Assembly (NCBI GenBank): GCA_039030125.1
Contig: JBCCEV010000002.1
Location: 1-53,411 of the forward strand
Source of the DNA: Pseudomonadota bacterium
GTDB taxonomy: Bacteria > Pseudomonadota > Gammaproteobacteria > Ga0077536
Reading direction: 5' to 3'
DNA length: 53,411 bases
The notes beneath the pieces are model-generated. The model searched no databases. It was given only the letters and a program-made list of their open reading frames with translations, and was not told the DNA's origin. The translations under genes were made by a program, and so were the position numbers. This document shows, piece after piece, positions 1 to 9,030 of this stretch (positions are counted from its first letter, which is position 1; each line of letters starts with the position of its first letter).

Positions 1-1
1 C

Positions 2-2110
2 ACATTTGAAGCGATTGATTGGAATACCGCATTAGACGAAATCGCAGCCAAGATGCTTGTCATCCGTGATCGCTACGGACCCCGTTCCTTCGGGCATTAC
101 GGCGGCGGCGGCCAAGGCAATCACTCCGGTGGCGGCTATGGGATCATGATGATGCGGGGCTTCGGGTCCACCGAGTTCTATAGCTCCGTCGCGCAGGAAA
201 AATCTGGTCGCTATTGGGTCAACGGCCGCATGTTTGGGTCGCAAAACGCCAACCATTCACCGCTCATAGAAGATACCGAGCTGCTGGTCGTGTGGGGCAG
301 CCACATGTGGCAGGCCAACTGCGAACCCGGGGCCAGAACGCATTTGCGCGAAGCCGCCAAAGAGGAAGGCCGCAAAATTATCGTGGTTGATCCGGTACGC
401 ACGAAAGACGCTGAATTTGCCGATCTCCACCTTCAGATCAAACCCGGCACCGATACCTATCTCCTAGGTGCGATGCTGAAGTTGCTGCACGATAAGGCGG
501 GTTTCGACCAAGACTTCATCGACGAACACACCGAGGGTTGGCAGAACGTCGAGAGCGAGATCGCCAAGATCCCCGCTGATGAGTGGATCGCGCATACCGG
601 ATTGGCGCGCGCAGACATCGAACAGGCAGTAGCAATGATCATCGACGCTGAATCGATGGCGCTGCGTACCGAACTCGGTATTGAGATGGGACGCCATTCC
701 ACCCTCAACTCGTATCTGGGCAACCTGCTGTTCCTGGGCACCGGGAATTTTGGGCGCCCGGGAACGCATGCCATTCACACCTGGTTGGTGCCGTTGATCG
801 GCAACTCCAAAGGCAAACGTTCGTTGGTGAATGAGCAGGAAGAGATCATGGGCGTCTACCCGCCGAATCGTTTTGCCTCTGAGGTCCTGTCAGACAAACC
901 CGATCGCTTGCGTGGCATGCTCATCGACAGTTCGAACCCCGCTAATACCGCGGCCAATACCGAAGCCACCGAAGCAGCGCTTAAGGCGTTAGAACTACTG
1001 GTCGTGGTTGACGTGCAAATGAGCGAAACGGCCATGCTGGCCGATTACATCCTGCCGGCGTCGTCGCAATACGAAAAGTGGGAGTTCACCTACTTCAACA
1101 TGGGCTTCCCCAAAAACTATTTTCATTTGCGCCCGCCGTTGTTCGATGCGCTGGAAGGAACCCGGATTGAAGGCGAAATCTATTCACAGCTCGCGCGGCG
1201 CTTAGGCTTAATGCCCGAAGAGCACGAGCTTACGGAATTGCGGGAGCTGGCCGGTAGAGACCGCGCGTCATTCGCCGAAAGCTTCCAAAACACTCTACGC
1301 AGTCAAAAAGGCATGGCGACCGTCGCGCCGCTTGTGCTCTACGAAACGCTCGGCAAATCACTCGAAAACGGCGCCGCGTCGGCCGCTATCCTGTGGCCGG
1401 CCTGTCATCAGACCGTTAAACGTAACCAACGCGCTGTGCAGCGAGCGCTGGAGTCAGAGAACAGCGGACCCGCCCTTGGCGAAGAATTATTTGAAACGAT
1501 TCTAAACTCACCTTCGGGAACGCCTTTTTCGGAAAACGATTTCGAGGACATCTGGGGTTTCTTAAGCTATCCGGACAAGAAGATCCGCATGCACATTCCA
1601 GAAATGATCGAATGGATGAACGAACTCAATCCCGCGCTTGAGCCCGACGACAAGGAATATCCGTTTGTCATTTCCCTCGGACAGCGCCGCCAGTACAACG
1701 CCAATCAAATCATCCGTACGCCCGCTTGGCGCGGTAAGGATGTTGATGGGAACTTGCGCCTCCATCCCGAAGAGCTTGAACGCTTGGGCATCGATGATGG
1801 CGGCTGGATCACCGTTGAAACCAAAACCGGTGTGCTAACGGCGCGCGCCGAGGCCGACGAAACGTTGCGGCTGGGTTACGCGACGTTGCCACATGGTTAT
1901 GGCATGAAATACAAGATGGCCGACGGTGAGGAGATCGCGGTCGGGCCGCGCCTCAACATGTTGTCGGACAGCAATGAATGCGATCCCATTGGCGCCACGC
2001 CCTATCACAAGAACGTAGCCGCCAAGCTGCGTGCTGCGAGTGAAGACGAGGCGGGAATGAGCGAGGCAATCGCGCTGAAAGTGCAAACGTACATCGAGCA
2101 GTACGCGTAA
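2..2110 (+). CDS. molybdopterin-dependent oxidoreductase (formate dehydrogenase/DMSO reductase superfamily), 5' end cut by window edge
   Basis: The frame is open from nt 2: TFEAIDWNTALDEIAAK precedes the first Met at 53 and looks like the usual 'W..AL..IA.k' segment of this family. KIIVVDPVRT...HLQIKPGTD and the C-terminal WITVETKTGVLTARAE...LPHGYG fit the MopB and barrel domains. Stop TAA at 2108-2110. Confidence 0.8.
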   Translation, partial: TFEAIDWNTALDEIAAKMLVIRDRYGPRSFGHYGGGGQGNHSGGGYGIMMMRGFGSTEFYSSVAQEKSGRYWVNGRMFGSQNANHSPLIEDTELLVVWGSHMWQANCEPGARTHLREAAKEEGRKIIVVDPVRTKDAEFADLHLQIKPGTDTYLLGAMLKLLHDKAGFDQDFIDEHTEGWQNVESEIAKIPADEWIAHTGLARADIEQAVAMIIDAESMALRTELGIEMGRHSTLNSYLGNLLFLGTGNFGRPGTHAIHTWLVPLIGNSKGKRSLVNEQEEIMGVYPPNRFASEVLSDKPDRLRGMLIDSSNPANTAANTEATEAALKALELLVVVDVQMSETAMLADYILPASSQYEKWEFTYFNMGFPKNYFHLRPPLFDALEGTRIEGEIYSQLARRLGLMPEEHELTELRELAGRDRASFAESFQNTLRSQKGMATVAPLVLYETLGKSLENGAASAAILWPACHQTVKRNQRAVQRALESENSGPALGEELFETILNSPSGTPFSENDFEDIWGFLSYPDKKIRMHIPEMIEWMNELNPALEPDDKEYPFVISLGQRRQYNANQIIRTPAWRGKDVDGNLRLHPEELERLGIDDGGWITVETKTGVLTARAEADETLRLGYATLPHGYGMKYKMADGEEIAVGPRLNMLSDSNECDPIGATPYHKNVAAKLRAASEDEAGMSEAIALKVQTYIEQYA

Positions 2111-2112
2111 CG

Positions 2113-2134
2113 AAAAGGGGTCGAAGCCCTTTTT
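2113..2134 (+). terminator. stem-loop plus T-run after the oxidoreductase gene
   Basis: aaaaggg-gtcgaag-cccttttt: 7-bp stem, 7-nt loop and T5 tail. It begins 3 nt after the stop codon. Confidence 0.5.
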
Positions 2135-2145
2135 CCCCCAGATAA

Positions 2146-2173
2146 CGAGAAAAGGGCTCTGACCCTTTTCTCG
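2146..2173. repeat. REP-like palindromic hairpin (core GGGCTCTGACCC), probable terminator of the RND gene
   Basis: cgagaaaaggg-ctctga-cccttttctcg: perfect 11-bp stem with a 6-nt loop. It sits directly beyond the RND stop (2175-2177). The same core recurs at 6467-6484 and 6544-6564. Confidence 0.6.
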
Positions 2174-2174
2174 G

Positions 2175-4592
2175 TTAACCCGCGCTCGTTTCGGCGGCGG
2201 TAAATTGATTGATATCAACGTTCTCGCCCACGATTAGATCCTGGCGCGCCAGGAAACTCGGCCGCGTAAACCACACCAACAACGGCAGCACGACCAGTGA
2301 CAATATCATGTTCATCAACATGATCGTCACCAACAAGATCCCCATGTCAGCCATGAATTTGAAGTCCGACAAGAAATACCACGGCAGGATACCGATCAGC
2401 ATCACGGTTGCAGTAAACATGATCGCTTTCCCCGTCGTGGTCAATGCAGCGGTGATCGCACGACCCAAGTCGTGATCTTGCGCGGAGTATTCCTCGCAAA
2501 TGCGCGAGAGCAAATAGATCCCGTAGTCGATCCCCACACCGATCCCCATTACCGCCACGATCACCGCGTTGATATCCATCCCGATCCCCAACAAATGCAT
2601 GGCAGCACCCAAGGAGAAGTTCGCTAGATTGACCGGGACCATCAAAATCATCGCCGCGAACAAGGACCGGTAGGCCCACCAAGACATCAACACGATCGCA
2701 CCGTTCAGCAGTCCCAGGATGAACCAGTGATAGCGTTCCACCACACGATTCATCGCCTGCTGCAGCGGGATCACGCCAGTCGCCAAGCGGATCCGAAACT
2801 CGGGGTGGTCGAACCCAATTTTCTCGACCGCGCGCCGCGCGTTCTCGAGCGCGGTATCGACTGTCTCCTGGATGTTATCGCGGTACCAAAGCGTGATGGT
2901 TGAATGCTGTAGACCAAAATCAACGACATGCCCAAAGTTGATGGGGCTGCTGCCCATTAACGTTGCGAAGCCGGCGGCGTTCACAGCGTCGGTCGTTAGA
3001 TCGAGGGCGCCCCACTTCGGATTGCCGCCTGAGAACAGCCGGTTCGTCTCTGACATGTAATCGGAGAATGACAAGGTCGCGCGTGGCGGAAGATTTTCAT
3101 CAGACTCCAGCAGCGCTTGTAGTTTGGCCGACACTTCAACCACATCGGGCGTCCGCGCGACGCGATAGTTGTGCTTAAGCTCCTTCGCTTCGAGGATGAT
3201 TTCAAGGGTATTCATGCCAGGAAAGTGCGCATTGATCGCACGCACCGCGGTATTAAACTCAGAGTCGTACCAAAGAAGATTGCTGCCTTCTACGGGGTTG
3301 CCGATCTTGATCTGCGAATTGATGTAGATGGCAAGCGCGCCAAATAACACAACCCCAATCGCCGTCATTTTCGCGCGGCTTCCCTGACTCAAGGTCGCTA
3401 TGTGTTCAAGCGTGCGTTCTTCAAGAAGATGGACTCCAGACTCTTTTTCCCGGCCACCAACAATCTGCTCAATGTTTTTTGGCACCGGCAAGTAAGACAA
3501 CAAGATAGCGGCGAGGAAAATCCCAGTCGGGATGATCCATAATGCCCAAGCGCCACAGAAAAGCGCGTGATTTTCCATCGTTTTTATTGGCGCCACGGCG
3601 ATGAAGGTGATCCCAAAAACATCGGTGGTAATTCCAAGGATTGAGGGCGCCATCATGATGGCCATCGTGATCTCAGCGGCTTTACGGCGCTCACCGATGT
3701 GCAGTAAGACCTCGTAATAGCGCTCGGCGAACTGCACGCAGTGCGAAAACGATCGCGCCACCAGTAACAACGGCACAATCATGAGTAATGGTTCGATGGG
3801 ACGACCCAGCCAACCAATGAACCCAAACCCCCACAATGCGGCCACCAGCGCACAAACCACGGGTGTTACAACACCCGCGACGTTACGCATGTAGAGCGCG
3901 AGAGCCAGAATCAAGGCCCCGACCGTAACAGCGAAAATGTAATACGTTTGTTTTTGAAGCCGATACACCCACCCGGTTAGCGAAGGCTGGCCCGCCAGAT
4001 GAACTTCGTGATCGGCATCGCGCGCGGCTTCAACAAGCGTCTGGGCGTAATCAAAAGCCTTGCCAAATTCGATTGAATCCAAAAAGGTCGCGTTAATTAA
4101 CGTCGCGGTTTCATCGTTGGAAATGAAGAACGTCATTGCGTTCGGAGATTTTTCGACCCGGCGGCGGAACTCCGCCAGCTCTGCTTCGCTTTCAGGGGCC
4201 CGATCCGCCATCAAAGGGCTCATGTTGATCCCGAAAGCATTGGCTTCGGCAAAACGAAGTTTCTCAGTGGAAATCGAGATCACCTGATCGTGATCAACCC
4301 CGGGCGCCAGATCGATGTCACGCGTGAGCTGCCAAACCTTGGCTAGGGTTTCTGGATTGTAGATGCTGCCATCTTTGCGCTTAACCATGATCGACATCGT
4401 GAGCGGATTGCCGAAATTGCGATGGTCGAAATAGACCTGCACATAAGGGTCATCTTCGGGCAGCAGGTCATTAAAGACGGTCCTGATCTCGACCTTGGAG
4501 AAACCGGCCATGAAGGCCAGCGTAATAAGCAGGAATGCAACCGATACCAGAAATCGGTAGCGCATTACCCAGCGAGCGATCTTGAATCTCAT
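2175..4592 (-). CDS. RND-superfamily exporter, MMPL/COG1033-type (two 6-TM bundles with two periplasmic loops)
   Basis: 805 aa, ATG start. It has an N-terminal TM helix, a large soluble loop and a hydrophobic block (LILALALYMRNVAGVVTPVVCALVAALWGFGFIGWLG...), followed by a second loop and a second hydrophobic block. This is the duplicated MMPL architecture. Confidence 0.8.
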   Translation of the reverse strand: MRFKIARWVMRYRFLVSVAFLLITLAFMAGFSKVEIRTVFNDLLPEDDPYVQVYFDHRNFGNPLTMSIMVKRKDGSIYNPETLAKVWQLTRDIDLAPGVDHDQVISISTEKLRFAEANAFGINMSPLMADRAPESEAELAEFRRRVEKSPNAMTFFISNDETATLINATFLDSIEFGKAFDYAQTLVEAARDADHEVHLAGQPSLTGWVYRLQKQTYYIFAVTVGALILALALYMRNVAGVVTPVVCALVAALWGFGFIGWLGRPIEPLLMIVPLLLVARSFSHCVQFAERYYEVLLHIGERRKAAEITMAIMMAPSILGITTDVFGITFIAVAPIKTMENHALFCGAWALWIIPTGIFLAAILLSYLPVPKNIEQIVGGREKESGVHLLEERTLEHIATLSQGSRAKMTAIGVVLFGALAIYINSQIKIGNPVEGSNLLWYDSEFNTAVRAINAHFPGMNTLEIILEAKELKHNYRVARTPDVVEVSAKLQALLESDENLPPRATLSFSDYMSETNRLFSGGNPKWGALDLTTDAVNAAGFATLMGSSPINFGHVVDFGLQHSTITLWYRDNIQETVDTALENARRAVEKIGFDHPEFRIRLATGVIPLQQAMNRVVERYHWFILGLLNGAIVLMSWWAYRSLFAAMILMVPVNLANFSLGAAMHLLGIGMDINAVIVAVMGIGVGIDYGIYLLSRICEEYSAQDHDLGRAITAALTTTGKAIMFTATVMLIGILPWYFLSDFKFMADMGILLVTIMLMNMILSLVVLPLLVWFTRPSFLARQDLIVGENVDINQFTAAETSAG

Positions 4593-4628
4593 AACGAACT
4601 AGCCACCCGGCAACTGTTGGGACGGCAG

Positions 4629-6452
4629 CTAGGCGTGCTTATCCATGCCTTTGAGGGTGCCTTCCTCGCGCCAGTCAGCCAACATCTCGAAAAACTCAAC
4701 CGGACCGCCACCATAAACGTTTGACAAAAATCCGTTTTCCTTATCGAGCTTGCCTTCGTTATTGTAATAGCCGGGGGTGCATTCGGCGAAGAACTTCTCG
4801 CCCATTCGTGCAAGCTTTTTAATCAGCGCGACATATTCGTCCTCGGCCAGCTTGCTGGCTTCGACTTCCTGCAAATTGTTATCGAGCGCATGCTTAACGA
4901 CATAGGCGATTTGCTTGCTTTGCTCGTTCAGCATATGCGGGAAGTTTGGGGTAAGTCCCGTTTGAATCATGCCCATGAAATAGCAATTCGGGAAGCCATG
5001 ACTGTGCAAACCATGTAGCGTTTTGGGCCCACCAGACCATTTGTCTTTGAGGCTGATACCGTCTCTCCCCACCAGATCGTAACCCGAGTTCCGGGTGTAA
5101 CCCGTTCCCACTTCGAAACCGGTCGCGAAAATCAGGCAGTCGACCTGATACTCGACGCCGTCGACCACGACGCCGTATTCGCTAAGGCGATCAACGCCGC
5201 GCCCTTGTGTATCAACTAAAGCTACGTTGGGGCGGTTGTAGGTATCGAGATATTCATCATGGAAACACGGTCGCTTACAGAACTGTCGGTAGTAAGGCTT
5301 CAGCGCCGCAGCGGTATCTTTATCCTCGACGATCTCATCAACTCGCGCCCGCACTTTCTCCATCTTTTGGAAATCGGCGATCTCCGTCGCCAACGCGCGT
5401 TGCTCCTTTGCGAGCTCTTCAAAACCGTCCGGGGGCAACATACCGGTCAAGTTGCGATAGATCTCTGTCCAACCATCACCCACCAGATCTTCGTCAGCAA
5501 ATCCACCGCTGACCAACACGTTGAAGTTGTCCATGCGCCGTTGTTGCCAGCCACTCTCCAAAGAGCCACTCCACTGATCATCCGTGGGACGGTTAGCGCG
5601 GATATCAACCGAAGACGGGGTTCGTTGAAAAACATAGAGCTGCTTGGCTGCCTCGCCCAGATGCGGCACACATTGGATGGCGGTCGCGCCTGTGCCAATG
5701 ATTCCCACGCGCTTGTCGGCAAGTCCATCAAGACCGCCGCTCGAATCACCACCGGTGTAGTCGTAATCCCAGCGGCTGGTGTGAAAGGTGTGGCCTTTAA
5801 AATCTTGGATCCCGGGGATCCCTGGTAGCTTCGGTTTATTGAGCGGACCGTTCGATTGGGCAACAAACTGCGCCTTGAAACAGTCGCCCCGATCGGTGCT
5901 CACTATCCAACGCCGCGAATCGCCATCCCACCGCACCTCAGTGACCTGAGTTTGCAACAGCGCATGCTTGTAGAGACCGTAGTGTTCGGCGATTTTCTTC
6001 GAGTACGCGAGGATCTCAGGGCCCTTGCTGTACTTTTCCTTGGGGATGTAATTAAGCTCTTCGAGTAGGGGAAGGTAGATATAGGACTCGACATCGCACA
6101 TCGCGCCCGGGTAGCGATTCCAATACCAGGTGCCGCCAAAATCACCACCCTTCTCTATCACGCGGATGCTTTCGACGCCCGCTTCTCGCAGCCGGCCACT
6201 GACCAGCAAGCCACCAAAACCGCCGCCAATCACCGCGACTTGTACTTCATCTGTCACTGGCTCGCGATTGGCCACGCCTTCGATGTAAGGGTCCTCGGCG
6301 TACTTCGAATAATCACCAGCGGTTTCGCGATATTGTTCATTTCCGTCATCGCGCAACCGACGGTCGCGCTCGGCACGATACTTCTCACGCAAGGTGTCTG
6401 GATCGAACCCTAGGTTGTTCGGGTCGAGGATATGGTCGATGTTGATAGACAT
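4629..6452 (-). CDS. type I Baeyer-Villiger (flavin-containing) monooxygenase
   Basis: 607 aa. FAD Rossmann motif VAVIGGGFGG, BVMO fingerprint FKGHTFHTSRWD, and second dinucleotide motif VGIIGTGATAIQ. Confidence 0.85.
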   Translation of the reverse strand: MSINIDHILDPNNLGFDPDTLREKYRAERDRRLRDDGNEQYRETAGDYSKYAEDPYIEGVANREPVTDEVQVAVIGGGFGGLLVSGRLREAGVESIRVIEKGGDFGGTWYWNRYPGAMCDVESYIYLPLLEELNYIPKEKYSKGPEILAYSKKIAEHYGLYKHALLQTQVTEVRWDGDSRRWIVSTDRGDCFKAQFVAQSNGPLNKPKLPGIPGIQDFKGHTFHTSRWDYDYTGGDSSGGLDGLADKRVGIIGTGATAIQCVPHLGEAAKQLYVFQRTPSSVDIRANRPTDDQWSGSLESGWQQRRMDNFNVLVSGGFADEDLVGDGWTEIYRNLTGMLPPDGFEELAKEQRALATEIADFQKMEKVRARVDEIVEDKDTAAALKPYYRQFCKRPCFHDEYLDTYNRPNVALVDTQGRGVDRLSEYGVVVDGVEYQVDCLIFATGFEVGTGYTRNSGYDLVGRDGISLKDKWSGGPKTLHGLHSHGFPNCYFMGMIQTGLTPNFPHMLNEQSKQIAYVVKHALDNNLQEVEASKLAEDEYVALIKKLARMGEKFFAECTPGYYNNEGKLDKENGFLSNVYGGGPVEFFEMLADWREEGTLKGMDKHA

Positions 6453-6466
6453 GGGTTCATTCCAAA

Positions 6467-6484
6467 AAAGGGTCAGAGCCCTTT
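6467..6484. repeat. REP-like hairpin copy (core GGGTCAGAGCCC)
   Basis: aaaggg-tcagag-cccttt. This is the reverse orientation of the 2146-2173 core and lies 15 nt upstream of the BVMO start. Confidence 0.5.
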
Positions 6485-6543
6485 ATCCTTTGCATTAATC
6501 TCGAAGGCCGTGCAGCCAGCAATGCGCAACTGCCATGAGCACA

Positions 6544-6564
6544 AAAAGGGCTCTGACCCCTTTT
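6544..6564. repeat. REP-like hairpin copy (core GGGCTCTGACCC)
   Basis: aaaaggg-ctctga-cccctttt with one bulged C. It forms an inverted pair with 6467-6484 and sits just downstream of the DUF427 stop. Confidence 0.5.
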
Positions 6565-6577
6565 GGGGTAGGTAGGA

Positions 6578-6862
6578 TTATGACTCGACGACTTCAACCC
6601 CACGCCAGAAGGCGAGACGGTCGCGTATTTCCGAAGCAGCCTCTTTCGGGGCCGAATAATACCAAGCGGCGTCGGTGTTCGTCTGCCCGTCGACCGTTAC
6701 AGAGTAGTAATTCGCGGTCCCTTTCCAGGGACAAACGCTGGTGGTGTCACTGTCTTGGAGGAGCGTTTCGTCCACCGAGCCGCGGGGGAAATAGTGGTTA
6801 CCCTCAACCACAACCGTTTCCTCAGAGTCGGCAATGGTTTTGCCATTCCAGATCGCTTTCAT
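6578..6862 (-). CDS. DUF427 domain protein
   Basis: MKAIWNGKTIADSEETVVVEGNHYFPRGSV...CPWKGTANYYSV...AAWYY matches the DUF427 pattern. The ATG at 6862 is preferred over the TTG at 6865. Confidence 0.75.
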   Translation of the reverse strand: MKAIWNGKTIADSEETVVVEGNHYFPRGSVDETLLQDSDTTSVCPWKGTANYYSVTVDGQTNTDAAWYYSAPKEAASEIRDRLAFWRGVEVVES

Positions 6863-6865
6863 CAA

Positions 6866-7222
6866 TTAGTCCTTAGCGCGTGTAAACATTTCAATGTTGA
6901 GCTGAACTTCCTCACCGAGCCAATAGGCGTAGGTGGTGTGATCAGCCAAATCGTCGCCCGTGCGGCCATGGACGAACACCGTGAGGCCCTGGCGATGCTG
7001 GTCCAGCCACGGTATCAAAGTATCGAATTCGCTCGCCTCAAACGCCATCTGACAACTCCAGCGTGGATGTGGCCCCACGTTTTTTTGATGCTTGCGCCCG
7101 ACCTCGATATCGAAAAGCTCACCCGCTTGATCGCAAATTTGCGATGCCATCTCGAGCGTTTTTTCGTCGTAGTAGAGGTGCGCGTGATATCGCGCGTGGG
7201 CATTGGTGGGGCGTTTGGACAT
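6866..7222 (-). CDS. DOPA 4,5-dioxygenase-family protein
   Basis: 118 aa. YHAHLYYD...VGPHPRWSCQMAF...FVHGRTGDDLADHT resembles the small DOPA_dioxygen family. The stop lies 3 nt from the DUF427 start. Confidence 0.6.
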   Translation of the reverse strand: MSKRPTNAHARYHAHLYYDEKTLEMASQICDQAGELFDIEVGRKHQKNVGPHPRWSCQMAFEASEFDTLIPWLDQHRQGLTVFVHGRTGDDLADHTTYAYWLGEEVQLNIEMFTRAKD

Positions 7223-7287
7223 GAGCTCATTCGGTGCTCTGAAGTCTGAAAGGCCACGGGATCATACGCTGAACCGTGCCGCAACGA

Positions 7288-8097
7288 TCACTTGAGGTCC
7301 AATGAGAGGCCCGTGGCGGGCAAGCCACTGATCCGGGTCGACCAGGTCTCACCGGGTGCAACTGGAAACGCCTGGGTCAGCGAGCCTGTCGTCACCAGTT
7401 CTCCCGGCGTCAACAGCGCTGCGCCGCCGCTCGATAATTGCGCTAATAAATGGGCGACCGCCTTCAGTGGGCTTCCCAATACCTGAGCGCCGCCGCCTCT
7501 ATCGACGATGACGCCGTCTCGTTCCAGTTCAATGACGAAATCCGACAGTTGTTCGACCAAAATATCGCGCGCTGGGATTTTTCTTCCGATCACCAGCGCG
7601 CCATGCAGGCCCTGATCGGCGATGGTGTCAGCAACCTCGAATTGCCAGCCCGAAAAGTGCGACTGAACGAGTTCAAATCCGTTCGCAATCCAGTCGACGC
7701 AAGCGTAGATTTCAGAGGGATCGGCGCGATCACCAGGCGCCTCGGCGAAGTGCAAAACGATCTCTGGCTCAATCATTGGCTCGCACAAATTCACGAGCGC
7801 ATAACCGGACAATAGCTCGTCATGGGAATGCACGCTGTTTTGATACACGTACGCCCAAATAGGCTTGTCGACATTGAACACCGGCCACAGCGCAGCGTTG
7901 GTAAAACCCAATTTGCGCCCGGCCAGCATATCGCCGCCGGCAAGGCGGCGCGTGTGGATCTCAGCGGCGACCCGATAAGCCTCCCGCTCGCCAAATGCCG
8001 CGAAGCGCTTGGAGATGGGTTCGATCTGCTGCGTCGCTGCTTGGGCGCTGAAAAGCTCGCGGGCGATTTCCTCGATCTGCAGATCATCTATCAGCAT
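7288..8097 (-). CDS. 2-keto-4-pentenoate hydratase/FAH-fold hydratase-decarboxylase family protein
   Basis: 269 aa. The AYRVAAEIHTRRL...GRKLGFTN...PMIEPEIV...ELV pattern is typical of MhpD/HpcG-like hydratases. Confidence 0.65.
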   Translation of the reverse strand: MLIDDLQIEEIARELFSAQAATQQIEPISKRFAAFGEREAYRVAAEIHTRRLAGGDMLAGRKLGFTNAALWPVFNVDKPIWAYVYQNSVHSHDELLSGYALVNLCEPMIEPEIVLHFAEAPGDRADPSEIYACVDWIANGFELVQSHFSGWQFEVADTIADQGLHGALVIGRKIPARDILVEQLSDFVIELERDGVIVDRGGGAQVLGSPLKAVAHLLAQLSSGGAALLTPGELVTTGSLTQAFPVAPGETWSTRISGLPATGLSLDLK

Positions 8098-8130
8098 GGG
8101 GTCCTAACCACTCATCAAAAGCATAGACGA

Positions 8131-8463
8131 TTGGACACCAAGTACTTCAAACAGAAGCTTTTGGATAGACGCGAGGAGCTGGTGGCGGTCGCCGAACAAA
8201 GCGCCGCGGCGGCCGCGACCGTCGAGCTTGACCAAACGCGCGTCGGCCGGCTCTCGCGAATGGACGCCTTGCAAGGCCAAGCGATGGCAAAAGCAACCCA
8301 AGCAAGACGCGAGTTGGAATTAACACGTATCGATGCCGCGTTGAAGCGCATCTCACAGGGAGAGTTTGGTTTTTGCGTGCGCTGCGAGGAAGATCTTCTG
8401 GAAGCGCGACTCGAAATTGATCCAACCGCAGTCGTATGTGTGCGCTGCGCGGACTCCCGCTGA
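8131..8463 (+). CDS. TraR/DksA-family C4 zinc-finger protein
   Basis: C-terminal CVRC-x17-CVRC zinc finger, preceded by VGRLSRMDALQGQAMA. No in-frame ATG lies beyond the antisense overlap with the hydratase, so the TTG at 8131 is proposed. The start is uncertain. Confidence 0.6.
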   Translation: MDTKYFKQKLLDRREELVAVAEQSAAAAATVELDQTRVGRLSRMDALQGQAMAKATQARRELELTRIDAALKRISQGEFGFCVRCEEDLLEARLEIDPTAVVCVRCADSR

Positions 8464-8472
8464 GCGGCTCAA

Positions 8473-8895
8473 TTAAATTTCGAACTCGTAGATTTCTGCA
8501 AAGAAATCGTACTCTTCGCGCCAACTCGGACCGGCACCGCTAATGTCCCGCTCGATTGCGCCCGCCAAGCGCCCAAGCCACTGGTTCAGCGCACCCCATT
8601 CCGCCACGAATTGACGCATCGCCGCGTCGTCTCCTTCTTGGGTGCTGAACACCAGATGCGTTTGTAGGCGGCAATAAGCGGCGTCCTTGGAGAGCTTATC
8701 GAGCTTGGTATTAGCATCGCGAAGCTGTGCCTCCTCGGGCTGGCCTTGGTAGAGCGGATCGAGGATCTTTTTCACCGCAACTCTTGACGAATTGAGTGGA
8801 TCACCACAATTGAGATCCCCTTTTTTAATATCTTCCGCAGACCAACTGGGGCTGACTATTGTGAGCCCGAGAAAAATCAACCATCCAAAGCGCAT
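8473..8895 (-). CDS. hypothetical secreted protein
   Basis: 140 aa. Signal-peptide-like N-terminus MRFGWLIFLGLTIVSPSWSA/ED. No recognisable domain. Confidence 0.5.
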   Translation of the reverse strand: MRFGWLIFLGLTIVSPSWSAEDIKKGDLNCGDPLNSSRVAVKKILDPLYQGQPEEAQLRDANTKLDKLSKDAAYCRLQTHLVFSTQEGDDAAMRQFVAEWGALNQWLGRLAGAIERDISGAGPSWREEYDFFAEIYEFEI

Positions 8896-9030
8896 GCACC
8901 AATCCCCTGTTTCGTTAACCCATTAAACATTAAGTGCACCCTGGATGCGACAACGTTCATGGCGCGCGCATTGCCGAGATGACGCGGTATCATGGCACCT
9001 TCGTCTTAAGAAAAATGCCTGAGGACAACC

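Noticed and set aside
2-2110. Selenocysteine recoding in the molybdopterin oxidoreductase
   Set aside because: There is no in-frame TGA in the visible part. The region where Sec or Cys ligates Mo lies upstream of the window, so nothing can be said.
7822-8130. N-terminal 103 codons of the 213-aa ORF that ends in the TraR/DksA zinc finger
   Set aside because: This part is antisense to the hydratase gene and has no protein-like features. Only the segment from about 8131 resembles the TraR/DksA family, so a TTG start was proposed instead.
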